Shown here: piece by piece, positions 11,601 to 25,032 of the stretch
Position numbering within the stretch: the stretch's first letter is position 1
How the letters are laid out: the number at the start of each line of letters is the position of its first letter
Assembly (NCBI GenBank): GCA_977020255.1
Contig: CDROCS010001465.1
Span: forward strand, 186,001-250,000
From: Obrimoposthia wandeli
Lineage: Eukaryota
Length of the DNA stretch: 64,000 nt
Direction: 5' to 3'
Notes under the pieces: generated by a model
Seen by the model: the letters and a program-made list of their open reading frames with translations, nothing else
Databases searched by the model: none
What the model was told of the DNA's origin: nothing
Position numbers and translations under genes: made by a program

Positions 11601-12559
11601 AAAACTTTGACTGTTAAAGATTTAATTTAAAAAAAGCTTTTAAAATATATCAAATAATTCTAATATATTTCTGTAGTAATATATATTTTCATTAAGTATT
11701 TTATCTAACATTTTAAGTTATATTTTTAACCTAGTAATGATTTAGAGTGGTTCGTAAATATTCACATCAGATAATTATAAATAGTCAATATATAAAACAA
11801 AAAAATACATAAAATATAATAAAGTAAAATTAAAAATATTGTTTTGAAAACTGAATTTGTCATGTGAATCAATTAAATCAATCCACTTTATTGCAATTCA
11901 TTTCGAAATAATTACTTTAATAAAATAATCTACACAAATACAAAATAGAACTATACAATTGTAGATCAAAATATTGCTTTACATGCAATTTCATCTCTGA
12001 AATAAAATATGAATAAATCAAATTAATGATAAAGAGAACTATAAAAAACAGTATTTTATAATTTTACTGTTAAATCTCAATTATTTATAATTTCATACAA
12101 ATGATAAAAAATAGCAAAATTATTAGATTTTTGTCATTTTAATTTTCCTGTAATCTGAAAATGTACAATCATCCATTTACTAATATTAACAGTGTAAATA
12201 ATTTATTTTAAATCATACTTATAAATTTTAACATTTTTGGAATGTAAATTTAACGCTTTATTTAATAGTAATAAAATGTAAATTTATTTTCATACTGATT
12301 ATGTGATCGAAAATGAACATAATAAAGGTAAATGGTTATATATATATGTCACCAGTGAAAATATATACTGCTAGAAGTCATGAAAACCAAACTGTATTCA
12401 GTAAAATAATTTGCATTTATTTTTGTGATGTATATGTCATTATTGAGCAATTCAAACATATCACATAATCTCCCATTTACCAGCATAAATATTTCCTGTA
12501 GACCCGTAAACCACAATTGTCACAATCTCTTATTTTTTCCTTGTTTTTTAAATTATTTA

Positions 12560-13000
12560 TTAATTCTTTATTTTTTCCTTTACATCTTTCAATGAGCAAT
12601 TTTATTTTGAAAGTCATATCATGTATTTTCTCTATTATGACTCCAGTACCCTCCTATCGATTATCATCATAATTTAGAACATCTATTTTTACAAATACTC
12701 CATTGCTAATATCAAATTTTTGATAATTATTTTCTTTGAAGTTACTTTCATTCTTTTGATTAATTCTGTTCTTGTACGTTTTATGTGTTTGCGTCTCTTT
12801 CTTTATCTTCAAACCATTCAAAAGCAATTTTACTTCCAAATATTATTTCAGTTGGAATTATACTTTTTGTTGCTTCTACAGTAGTATTTATAGAAAATTC
12901 TATTTCTGGAAGAACGTAAGCCTAATTTCTGAGCATTTATATTTCATTGTTAAGTTTAATAAATCTTTGATTGTCTGAAATTGTCTTTCGACTTGCCATT
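12560..13000 (-). pseudogene. Degenerate Ty3/Gypsy integrase C-terminal remnant
   Basis: Minus strand reads AYVLPEIEFSINTTVEATKSIIPTEIIFG...KFDISNGVFVKIDV..DDNR*EGTGVIIEKIH, with several stops. Confidence 0.55.
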
Positions 13001-13076
13001 ACTTGAATGATTATATGGACTTGAAAATGATAATTTAATTTAACATTTATTTCCTAGCTCTTTCATTAAAGTTGAT
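12912..13076. repeat. 165-bp perfect inverted repeat, right arm
   Basis: Exact reverse complement of 11436-11600. Confidence 0.9.
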
Positions 13077-13273
13077 TCAAATTATTTTTTCTAGATCACA
13101 ATGTATTTATATAAATATGAGTATCTAAACCTATTTTATACTGATTCAAATAAATTGTCTCTGAAATCTGTATCACATCTACCTTTCTCGCTAAATGCAC
13201 GCAAACTTTTTAATACAATATAATATAAAATAAAAGCCTTTTAATTAGTAAAATATTTATTTTTTGGTTGTCT

Positions 13274-13378
13274 TGCAGTTTTTAGTTGAGAAACATTTAA
13301 GAATACAATTATTCATCATTTGTGTTGCAGTTTGGTTGAGAAACATTTAAGAATACAATTATTCATCATTTGTGTTGC
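13274..13378. repeat. ~52-bp tandem duplication
   Basis: ttgagaaacatttaagaatacaattattcatcatttgtgttgc occurs twice. Confidence 0.8.
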
Positions 13379-14499
13379 TGTTTTTTTCTTGCTTTGATCA
13401 GCTACAACGTTCAGACCAATGTATTTCCTAAATTGATCAATAATAGCTTTTATAAATATTTTTTCATTATGTTATTTTCAATGGCCCACAAAAAATCTAT
13501 AAAATCCGTAGTTTCTTTGCTTAATTATTTTGTTATTATTCACTACTTTTTCTTTCTGACAATTTTCACAATTTTGAACTATATTTTTGAAGAATTTTAA
13601 TCTCAAACCTACATGACACAAAGTTTTCTGAACATGCTTTAATAAACTACTTTATATTATCTTTTGGTATCCATACTTAATCATTGATAGTCATTAATAT
13701 AATACTTATAATGTTATAATCATCTTCTACCTCTATTTTTAATTTTAATTTTCTTCGGAATTTCTTTGCCATTCTATGCCAATATCTTTAATATCAAGTG
13801 ATAAACCTTTTTTAAGATTCTCGATTTTTGCTTTCAATTATCAGTTTTACATTGAACACAAGATACACATTTATTTCTGAACAGTGCATTTGAGTAGTTT
13901 TCACCTTTTCTGTACTCTGAAACCATATCAAGGCCACTTGTACCACGTTTGAAATTGAGGTGTAATTGGTTTTTTTATAGGTTTTATCGTGAAAGTTATA
14001 GCTTTGTGATCAGTTCAAAGACGAAATAGATAGTTTTGAAATAATCTGTAAATGCACAATGGACATCATTTCTTTTCTGATAATACAGTAACCTTTTTCA
14101 TGATGATTCATAAGATATTACTCTTTCATAACCTAGATCATGTTCTTGATATAATACTGCATTAATTATATCAAAACTGGCATTGGTGTCTAATAAAAAT
14201 TCTTTTTTTTTTAAATCAGAATAAACCGAACGAAGCACGCAAGTGCATTCATATAGAAATCTAGGACGATTCGGACTTTCAAGATTTTATTTCTCTAATT
14301 TTCCGAGATATTTAGTGACAATTTATAAGATTTTAATTATAGATATAATTTTTTGCGTCAATATTAATATAAATTAACAAAACAGTTAATTTTTAAGAAA
14401 TTGTTAATTTAAAAAAAATTAATTTAGTCAATCAAGAGAAAAAAAATGAAAGATGAGAGCTGGTAGGAATATGAAGGGATGCAGTGAAATGTGAGTCTC

Positions 14500-14790
14500 A
14501 GATTATTTGATTGTGCAAAGGGCCAAAGGTCTCTGAGGTGACTCACACCTTCAGTGACCTGATCTGTAGGAAGAAAGGGAAATGCATTTATTTTACCATA
14601 ATATAAACGAAAGTCATTATCAGTTTCATACAGATTAATAAGATCCAATGACTGAATTTTTCGCAATATCGACAGAGTCAGATGATAGAAACAGTACTGA
14701 ATATGAACAAAATCACCAAACACAGAGTGGATAGCATTAACTATCACCACATACGGATCCCGTCCTGCTTCCTCTAACACATGAAACTAA
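14500..14790 (-). pseudogene. Mutator/MULE transposase fragment
   Basis: NAIHSVFG..IQYCFYHLTLSILRKIQSLDLINLY..DNDFRL..AFPFLP resembles the MULE CxFH..Q..RKIQ..GL..Y region. Confidence 0.65.
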
Positions 14791-15933
14791 ATTATTTGAA
14801 AATTAACTATTTCTAATAAATATGCTCAAATCTAATTTTTACTTAAAATCCCCAAAAATAATGAACACCATCTTTAACTAAACAATATAAAATTAAAATT
14901 TTATAAATTGACCCATAAATCTTGTAAATTGATCAAAAAACCTTTAGAACGAACACCATCCACAACTAAACTAAATTGACACAAAATATTTTATAAATCT
15001 AAAATGAAAAAAAAATCGTGAAAGTCAGAAACGACACATTCAAAATCAATTACTATAATTTGATAGTAATCACAATTTGTAGTACTTATTAACAGTAGTT
15101 AAATAGAGGTATATAGTTGTAAAATATTGGGAATATCGAATAAATTATTATACCAATGTTGTAGATAAAACCATAAAATCAACAATTTTGTTCTTTAAAC
15201 TGTGCAAAAAGAAAGTTAACCTAAACTTAGAAGAACACATAAATTGAAAGAAATCATAACAGATATAAACTAAGTGAATACTGATATCTTGTTTTTCTTT
15301 GACATTTAATTGTTTCTCATTCTAACTTTATAAAATCAAGTATTTTAATTCCAATTTGCAACAATTGATTGCATTTACTCAGAAATATTAATGAACTAGA
15401 TAAAGATACAACATCCTGTTACATAACAAAGGATTTTAATATTACATTGATTATATCTTATGCAATGTATAATTCTAAATATTTATTTTTTAAATTAATT
15501 TCAAATGATTTGATACTAAAGTAAAAGTTTAATGAAATAAAATAAGTTTTCTGGAATTTACTGCTTTAATTTTTAAAAAATAATACTTTTTTGAGTAATA
15601 AATACAGTTATTACTTGAATTTAACATTTCAATATTTTGTAGAAATAATAAAATTAATTAAATCAACAAAAATAAAGTTGAAAAATACAATATAGGACGT
15701 TTCAGGGTATGGCCTTTATTAAGTAGAACGTTTCGGATTTTCCAGATTTTTGGTTGAAATTGGTGTTTTTTCTTATAGATTTTTTTTCAGTAAATTTATA
15801 AGAAAGTTAGTTTTTAGTCAAAACTTTTTAACTTTGATTTGAATAACATTTAAATTTTGTAATTGTGTTCAAGTACCACGACATTGCCCCAATAGGCCAT
15901 GGTCTAAAAAAATTGAGAATCAGTGTTACGAAC

Positions 15934-16067
15934 TTGGGAAATGTGAAGTCGTTTTCCCCATCTGGTGTCACGTAGATCGAAGTAGAACCGCCGACCACCG
16001 GACAAGCTGAATAGAGAGCTTACATCGAGATTGCCTTTGATTTCCCGGTATCGAGTAGAAACGTCAG
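15934..16067 (-). CDS. PUR-family protein, internal exon
   Basis: Acceptor ttgttcag|CT (phase 1), donor CAA|GTTCGT (phase 0). Encodes GGRRFYFDLRDTRWGKRLHISQ, which resembles PUR repeat III (NKRFYFD....RGV.MRISEV). Phases fit both neighbouring exons. Confidence 0.8.
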
Positions 16068-18952
16068 CTGAACAAGTAAATAAGTTTAGTCTACAATACT
16101 TTTTAAAATATGGTAAGGATCTAAAATCAGAAAATAAAGATATTATATTGTAAAAGGCAAATTGGCAAAAATTATATTTATATTTTAAACATTCTTCTGA
16201 AATGGTAACTGTATGAAATTAAGCAAAACATTTTCGTAGGGTTTGAGCTTAACTCATTTAACATTGATTGTTATTATAAAAAACCGTAGACACGTATGCT
16301 CATATTTATTGATCCTTGCTTATTTTTATGTTCTATGTGGTTTGGTTTATTGATTTATTGTGAATTATTACTATTAATATATATAGCATAAAGAATTCAG
16401 ATTACAAACCCCATCAAAATTCATTACAATGAAAAATAAATGCTTTTTAATACCTTTAACTTTAGGCCAATTATCAGGGACTATCTGTATTTTTTCTATT
16501 TTGATTCTGTAGCAGTTAAGGAGGGAAACTTACGGACTGTAATATTAACATATTACATATTTGCAAACATTCTATCTACCACATTGTAAAAATATTTATT
16601 GTAACTTATTACTTGATTTGTTGTATTTTCAAGTGAATAATCTCAAACGATATCCTTCAATATAAATCATATTTATTTAATCCGCTAAAAATGTTAAGTT
16701 GACGACGAATTTATGCATTAATATTGAATATATATAGAGAAAAAAATAAGTACTAGCTAATGACGATAAAGTTTTAATTTAAGTTTGTAATAATTCAAAT
16801 AAGATTCTTATGTAAGTTATTTGAAAATGTGATTCTAAATAAATTAAATACAAAATTGAGTTTTAACATAAATATACTATTTTCAAAATGATAACATTTG
16901 TTAAATACATAATGTTAGATAAATTAATTGCAACTCTAAAATAATACAAAATCATTAATATTTTTTATCTGTATTTTTATTTAAATGAAGAAATTAGTAG
17001 AGTTGTTGATTTCAATCATTAATCATCAAAAAAGCTAAATTACCTACAATATCTCATATTTATTTTATATTTCATAGATTGTTAAAAATGTTAAATAAAT
17101 TTCTTAAAACTTTATTTTATTCTTAGCTTTAAGTTTCCTAAATCTGTTTCATGGTAATTTTTCGTTTAATGTCTAGTCTAAATAAGACTTTTATGCCCAA
17201 AGCACAAACATAATTGCAGTCGTTCTATTTTCACATTTCGATTAAGATTCTAATTGAGTATCACAAATATATTTTAACAATCAAGACAATCCAGTTAAAA
17301 TTTTAAAAATATATATATATAAGTTACACATAATGCATCTTATTCTAGATAAAATGAAACAATATTACCTTATTATCTTATATGATTGTTGATTTTATAA
17401 CCTATATACAACAAGTCCATCTTATATGTATAATAATAGAGAAAGTAAAATAACTAAAGCTTTCAACATTTTGTATGTCTTTTAGAGAAAATTGAAAAAG
17501 ACTTCATCATCCGGAAAACTATTGGAAGAAAAAAATTCATTTTATAAGTTAAAAATTATGTACTGAAATAATGCATACAAATTATGTAAAAATATTATGA
17601 CTAACAAATTAATGAAACTTATGCAATGCAAAATTAATTTATGTATTACAAATTAAATCTGGCTTGAAAAATGATAACGCGATTGTTTGGTTAATTTTAA
17701 ACTAAAAATAGTAAATCTTATTAAATTTTAATTGTATTCCTATATTTTAGTTCACTCTGTGTAACTTACCAAGTCGAATAAAAACACTTAGTAAGTAGTG
17801 AATTTTGAAAATAGGTAATTTTAGTCGATTTAGAGGCCTAGTGAATCACCGAATTTCTTTATTTTTTATTTTAATTTTCTTGTTATCAATTTTTGTCTAA
17901 TAGTCACAGAATAAAATTTAATTACAGTCATCCAAAATCTGTCGTAAAATGTTTTTAATTTTCGATTTAAATTGTTTTTTAATATTAAAAATCAATATAT
18001 TTAACTTTAAATCCATCTATTAAAATTCTAAAATGTTGTATCCCTATTGTATTTTTATTGGGTTTTGAATTCAAGATACTGTGTTAGTGTTTGTGCATTT
18101 TTGATATCTGTGTTTCCACCTAATAATTGTTTTTACAACTACTAACAGGGCTTAGATTGCAATTTGGACCAATTGCCGGGTGACTTATTGTACTGTAAGT
18201 TGAACTTCAAGTATAATTAAACCGGAATTTATCTAGAAATTTCCAAGATTCAATTTAATAAGTTACAATAAGTGTATTTTTAATTATAGTTTATAATTGA
18301 TAAATTATTTGCATGGGGATATTGAAGTAAACATTCCCTAGTAATTATCAATTTTCAGCGGTATGAAAGATTAAAAATACTTTAAAACATTAATATTAGT
18401 AATACAAATTAAATGAAATAAAAAATTGCACGATCACAGAAGAAAGTAAAAAATATGATATTTTCATTATTTTATTGAACATTTATTACGCTAATTAAAA
18501 TAAGTAAACAACATTTTTTCTTACTGAAACTTTAAAAATATATATTTGTAAAGATAATTAAATTAATAGTATTATAAATTCAACAAAAATGACGTAAACT
18601 TTTCGACGCAAGAATGTATTTTTGTATTGAGGGCACAGCCTGAGTGTAAGAAATAGTTTGAATGTTGTAGTGAACCTATTTGAGCCTCCATATTTACTTT
18701 ATCCAACTTTATTTAACTCAAATATGGAATATTAAAACTAATATTATCTTAGTATAACAACTTAGAGTAGTGGCGTAATAAAATAAAGAAGGTTAAATTA
18801 TATATTATATATATAAATTTTGTGAATTTACAATTAATATTTAAATAATCTAATTCGTAATTGCATTCGAATGCTGCAATGTTCATAATCTTTCATGATT
18901 GACAGATATTATTCCAAAATATCAACATATCATTTTAATATGTAAAACATAC

Positions 18953-19427
18953 TCAAAAACTGGATAAGCTGCGAAAGGGACTCATTTCGAAGCTCGATGA
19001 TCTCCTGAGCGTCGTCATCGATGCAAGACGGTTTCGGCTTCACTTCCATGTAGCTGCGCAGCCTGATGGAAGTTCCGATTTTCTCCAGCTCTACCTGACG
19101 CTTGGTGACCTCACATGTGAAGACGGTAGGAGCCAAGAGATCCACTTCCAGTTTGGATTCCTCTTTGCTAGGACAGGCTCCCACCAGATACTGGACGACC
19201 TCATAGCACAGATGCACCGGAATCCAGCATGGAAATTGCTTATTACGAGACGCCATTATCTTCTTGACATCCTTGATCACCACAAAGGGATTAGGTCTCT
19301 GCTTGTAGTCTGAGTGGAACTCCCGGATCTCCAGTATGTACTCGTCTTTGCGCTCCTGACGATTTCTCACTACATGACGGATCAGCGGTCGTAATGGGTT
19401 GAACATATCAGGATAGATGTATACCAT
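18953..19427 (-). CDS. PUR-family protein, first recognisable coding exon (two divergent PUR-like repeats)
   Basis: ATG 19427 (MVYIYPDM), donor TTGA|GTATGT phase 1; GC-rich coding style; EYILEIRE..FVVIKDV..CWIPVHLCYEVVQYL pattern. Confidence 0.65.
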
Positions 19428-20678
19428 AGCTACGTTGGGACGAAAATTCAATACACTCAGTTACTGCTAAAGTTCAAATTAGCGATTTTACTATAGCAAA
19501 TTGAAATTTAAAACATACAAAATTGCTTTGGTTACAATGATTAATGTTATTTTAAATATAGTATTGAATTATCGAAAAAATTATTCAATCATTATTTTAT
19601 ATTTGACTATAAACTGTCTTTAATTGAAATGTATATTTTTTGATATTTCGATCGACTTGATTGGTAAAAAATGCTTATTTTTACAGGATAACCGCAAATT
19701 TTTTAGTTCACTCTAATTTATTACATTCGATTTATTTATTTCAAAACTAAATTAGTATTTGGTATTTTTTCAAAAATTTCTAATGCAAAACATTTAAAAT
19801 GGACATCGAATTAGAAAGTAACTTAAACAATTATTATTTCAGTAAAGTGAGAGATCTGGTCGAAGAATATAGTTTGAAAAAAGGTAAAATAATAATAACA
19901 TAAATTGTTTTTCGATTGATAAGATGTAAACATTAATTTAGTATTGGTATATGATTATTAATTTTGTTTTAATTCTAAATAAAATGTCAGAGAAATTTGA
20001 ATATGTAAACAAAGATTTTCTGTATATCAATCATTCAGTTCCTAATTTAACCATTGTATTGAAGTAACAATTTTAAACATTGTATAAATATTTTTCTGTA
20101 ACGATTCTGTTTCAAACTTCATTACACAACACTTCTTTATATAATTGTCCAACCATATCAAGTAATTTGTCAATGATTTTCTTGTTCCATCACTTTCTGA
20201 GACCATCAAACTTATTTTCACTAGTCACATATTTACAACATTAAAATCACTAACGTTTGATCATATGATTAACAATAAACGTATCATGTACTATTTTCTG
20301 TGTTTTTTTTCGTTAAACTATGAATTAGAAAATAACAAAATCGAAAGATTTGAAGTATTGTGACTTATTCAATTAAAATAATGAAATAATTATGTAAATT
20401 ATTAAAGATAAATATATAAAATTAAGCTAGTTACAAATTTTAAATACATAATCCTCACCTAGAAATTCTCATTCGCATATTTGGAAAATTGGAAACTACA
20501 ATGGTAGAATGCGCGACTAGCAAGTATTAAGACCCGTGACTCTATGGTGTGCTGCTTCTGATTCAGGTGGAAAAAATATCGTAGCCTTGGATATTGTCAA
20601 AACACTTTCCAGCAACATTAGTAAAATATTGTTGAAAATGCTGGATCAGGATAATTGAATGAGGCCAATGAGAGGTCC

Positions 20679-20916
20679 ATGTGTGTGGATTTATTCTATC
20701 ATATTTATGTGTTGTTTGATGTTTTACTATTTGTCCAATTGGCCATGCCTGTACGCATGTAGTTTGACAGGGTTTATAATGGTTATGCGAAAGGTATGTG
20801 TGTGGATTTATTCTATCATATTTATGTGTTGTTTGATGTTTTACTATTTGTCCAATTGGCCATGCCTGTACGCATGTAGTTTGACAGGGTTTATAATGGT
20901 TATGCGAAAGGTATGT
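20679..20916. repeat. 117-bp tandem duplication
   Basis: Identical units start at 20679 and 20796. Confidence 0.9.
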
Positions 20917-21627
20917 TAAAGTAAATTGATATTTTGGTTTAAGTGGAGAGGTTAATGAAAAACGATTATGTGACAAGTATTATGTTATTTTTAATAGTGG
21001 TTATAAAGCTTAGTAAAAAAGATGTTGGAAAGTTTTATTTAACTCAATTACTTTAAAGTAAAATCATCGCATAAAAGTTAAATAAAACTATTTTTAAAGT
21101 CATACAAGTGACAATTTGATATTACAAAAATATGTATTCTAACTCCCGACACTGGACTAATTGTTTTAAACTATTTTTAGCGCCGAAAACTGGAAATAGC
21201 TTTTTCATTATATTAAAATTGCGAATAACTTATTTTAACATTTATTTAAATTTAAAATTGAATATAACTGCCTCTTAAAGCTTATTGAATCTAAAATATG
21301 CCGCCATTTTAAAATAAAGATATCTAAAATTGCATATAAAATTAAAAAAATAAACATTAAAATTGAGAAAAATTACAGATGTGTTTTAAATAAAAAATAT
21401 ATAATTAAAGATTAATAATTTATAATGTAAATTAGCAGAATTCAGAATTTACGTCTTGTTTATTCAATGTTGATGAATTTCTGGAGCTTAGATTTTTTTC
21501 AGTGTTAAAAGATTAGCGACCGAGTTATTGACTCTGTAGTACGACTAAACTCGTGTCTAAATTGGCCATCAAATGTCATAAAGCAAGCATATAAAAGCTG
21601 ACTTACTTGTGCGACTGGTCATCTGAC

Positions 21628-22202
21628 ATGATGCTGATCTGGTGCTCGTGGTGGTGGTGCAGTTCTATGCTGCTGATACTAATGCTTGCCACAGGCTGCC
21701 TGTGGCACCTGCTAGTTCGCTATCAAGACCCCCCGGGACCACTGGGATGGCCGTTGCTAGGCTGTGTGCCGGGACGCCTGGTCGGCTGGCTGCTGGGACA
21801 CCAATACTGCCAGGCGGAGTTCTACGCTGACACAAGAGCCCGGTATGGCAGCATGTGGTCGCGCCGCATCTTGGGTCTGCGTGAGGTGGGTATTGCTTCG
21901 CTGGACTTGCTGGTCGAGGCTGCCCCATGCATGGCCAACAGGCCGCAGCTGGCCATCCTCGACTTCATGAGCAAGGCAGGTGGCATCATATTCCTGGGCG
22001 GCCCAGTCTGGCACGAGCACCGCCGCTGTGTCCTGCGCTCTCTGACAGAGCTGACGCGCCGCAAACATGGCTACCGTGAGCTTGTCTCCGACCAGGCCGC
22101 CCTTATTGTGACCCGACTGGGTCGCACGCAGGGTCGACTCGTGGAGCCAGATAGCATATTTGCACCCTCCGTTATGCATGTCATCAGCGCTATAATCTCC
22201 AG
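21628..22202 (+). CDS. Cytochrome P450, exon 1 (clan-2-like by inference)
   Basis: Hydrophobic N-terminal anchor, PPGP motif, C-helix WHEHR; donor AG|GTTGGC (phase 2). Confidence 0.9.
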
Positions 22203-22906
22203 GTTGGCTTTAGTCGTAATTATCGGCAACAACTTCACATTTTGTGTGTGAGTGGAGATATGGAAAACTTTATAATTCCTGTAACTTCAACGACGGTCAG
22301 AGGATGTTACTTGTAGAATATCGTATTGTTAGGTTCCAGAGAAAATTAGTTGCCATAACCGGGAATTGAACCTCTATTCTCACTATTTGCACGTCGCACA
22401 TTATATCACTGAACTACCGCAGCTACCGAATCTTTAAGAAAGTTATTAATATTATCTCATAATTATATGCACCTCTTTCATATTTAAAAAAATCATTGAG
22501 AATAATTTTTTTTTATCTTACACATTAGACTTTAATAGTCGAACAACTTTATAAAATATATACAAACTGTGAATGCGGTATTCCCCATTCATAACAGAAC
22601 ACGCATATTTCGATCATACGATGTTTATTATAAAGCGTTATGAAAATCGATCTAAAGTAGTTTCAAAGAGCAGATTTATTTCAGAAACAAAGTGTATTAT
22701 CTGATAAATAACTCGTTGAAGATATGAAATTTATACTAGGACACCACAAGAGAGAATATAATGCATCATTTGAAGAATTTTAATGCATTAGCAATTTAAT
22801 TTTTATTTATTATAAGTAACATATAAAATAGTAATATTTTCTTTACTATGGAAGCTCATTTGACCAAATTAGATTATGGATAAAGTAAAATAAATGGATA
22901 TATATA

Positions 22907-24084
22907 CAGGGTGCGGATGTTTCAGATCCAAATTTCCTAAAATTTAATTTGCATTTGTTTAAAATGAGTAAACGTGAGGCCATCATTCAACTTCATTGCG
23001 CGGGAAAGACAAACCCAGAGATTGTTAAGATCTTAAAAGCTCCAAAATCAACAGTTCGGGATGCAGTAAACCGATACAAAGAACTTGGGACATCAGACGA
23101 TCGTCCCAGAAGTGGACGCCCCCGAACTGCTCGCACCCCAGCCAAAATAAAGGCAGTTAGGGAGCGAATAAGGAGGAACCCCAAACGAAGAATGAGGAAA
23201 ATGGCCAAGGACTTCAAAGTTGACGAAAAAACTGTCAGAACAATTGTCAAAGATGATCTCAAGTTATCCCCTTTCAAGATGACCAACAGACAACAACTGA
23301 CAGAATTGCTAAAACAGAAGAGGGTCGAAAGAGTCAAGATTCTCCTGAACCGAAAGAAGGATGGCACGGATGCTGGGGTAATTGTCTTTTCTGATGAAAA
23401 AATGTTCACTGTTGAGGCCCAGTTCAACTCGCAGAACGACAGAATTTTAGCTAAGAGTGCTGATAGCATTCCCAGTTCGGTAAAATCCGTTTACCGTCGC
23501 CAAAAACTTAGCTCGGTAATGGAGAATTGGAGATCCTCTCTCATTTTTGTTAAAGAGGGTGCCAAAGTTAACGCAAACTCGTACATCCAGGATATTTTGA
23601 CTCCAGCCCATGTTGAAATGAAGAAACATTTCAAAAATGACCCTTTCACATTCCAACAGGACGGTGCGCCCTCTCACACTGCGACAAAACTCAGGACTGG
23701 TGTGAGAATCACTTTCCAGCTTTCTGGAGGAAGGAATTGTGGCCTCCTTCATCACCTGACTTGAACCCTCTGGACTTTTGTGTCTGGTCCATCTTGGAGA
23801 GAGAGGCCTGCGCTACAGCCCATGATAATACATAAGCTTTGAAGAAGTCTCTTAAGCGGGAATGGGCCAAAATTCCCCAGGAATTCTTTCGTGCCGCAGT
23901 GAAGAGCTTCAGGGGGAGACTTGAGCGTGTAATTGAAGCCAAAGGCGGCCACATTGAAAAATAGATAGTATAAATGTTAAATAGAGCTCTAACAAATTGT
24001 GTGTGTTATTTTTTGTTTAATTTCAACCTTTAGTAGTTGTTCAATTTAACGTTTTATGAGATCGGGGACTTTCTCCGCACCCTG
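22907..24084 (+). mobile_element. Tc1/mariner superfamily, maT (DD37D) transposon
   Basis: TIR CAGGGTGCGGA...TCCGCACCCTG, TA target duplication, 1178 bp, inside P450 intron 1. Confidence 0.9.
22964..23964 (+). pseudogene. DD37D transposase, inactivated
   Basis: HTH, VFSDEK, FQQDGAPSH, then WPPSSPDLNPLD after a 1-nt frameshift near 23690; 37 residues between D2 and D3; premature TAA near 23832. Confidence 0.88.
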
Positions 24085-24322
24085 TATATATATGTTCATG
24101 ACAGACATCATGTAACTGTTTATATTGTGCCCAAAATTGGAGTTGATCCAATATTGGACTATTGCGTATTTATGTATTCAAAATGAGAAAATCTTGAAGT
24201 TAATACCAAAAGAACGATGTATGGGTGACTTTATTTATTTAAACTCATATTAAGTAACTATCAGAATTATTGACAAACATCACACATATTTACAATGCTG
24301 CTTTCTCAATTTCTATTCTCAG

Positions 24323-24662
24323 ACCTTGTTATAGTGAATATGGCAAGCGTGACCTGGAGATTATAGAGTGCATCAAGTACATCGGTCAGGACGCAAACAT
24401 CCACGGAGTGCTGTTGGCAGTTTGTATGGTTCGCTCCAAACGTTTGCTTGGTCTGTGGGGCCCTGTGCGCCGCTTCGTTTCCAGTATGGAGACATTCGAG
24501 AGCTGGGTTATGGATCAGTGTTGCCAGGCTGAGAAGAGTTTCAATCCTGTGGACACCGAACAGCCACCGGACTGCTTGCTGGAGTGCCTTCTGCAACGCA
24601 GGTACGAGCTTCAGCAGACCGGCAAGAGTGCCGATGCTAATGATTTCTACGACCGACATCAG
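24323..24662 (+). CDS. Cytochrome P450, exon 2
   Basis: ttctcag|A acceptor (phase 2), CAG|GTGAGC donor (phase 0); F/G helices, PDCLLECLL. Confidence 0.85.
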
Positions 24663-24769
24663 GTGAGCCAGACTTGCACTGTTATGAATGGAAATTGACG
24701 AACTATAGATATAAAGCTTTCATACGAAAACCACGGATTTTAAAGACGTTTCCATATAAAATAACATAC

Positions 24770-25032
24770 TTCTTCGCTTTGAGTTAGTACCAACACTATA
24801 GTGCCTAAATGTCTATATATAGTCATTTTTAGACAGAATGTCGTTAAAATGGCTTAAAATGTCTCAAAATCACGCATATGAACTCAAGATGGAAAAATCT
24901 ATTTGAGTTCGTATGCGTGATTTCTGGACTTGACCTACTTTTAGTCTCAAAATCGTGCATACTAACTCAAGCCAATAGGTCCCCCCTGGGGGGCTTTGTC
25001 GCTTTGAGTTAGTACCGACACTATATACTACT
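24770..25032. mobile_element. 263-bp Polinton-terminus-derived element flanked by a 6-bp duplication (ACATAC)
   Basis: Ends CTATATACTACT, the reverse complement of AGTAGTATATAG at 30382; ACATAC at 24764-24769 and 25033-25038. Confidence 0.6.

Noticed and set aside
13900-14000. Possible second Gypsy integrase tail (YKKPITPQFQTWYKWP, minus strand)
   Set aside because: Too short and degraded to support as a feature
20563-20976. ORFs over the 117-bp duplication; faint SWIM-finger resemblance (CCLMF..WPCLYAC)
   Set aside because: Key His missing and the ORFs are explained by the duplication
21642-22179. Alternative-frame and antisense ORFs over P450 exon 1 (also over other GC-rich exons)
   Set aside because: Shadow ORFs of GC-rich coding sequence
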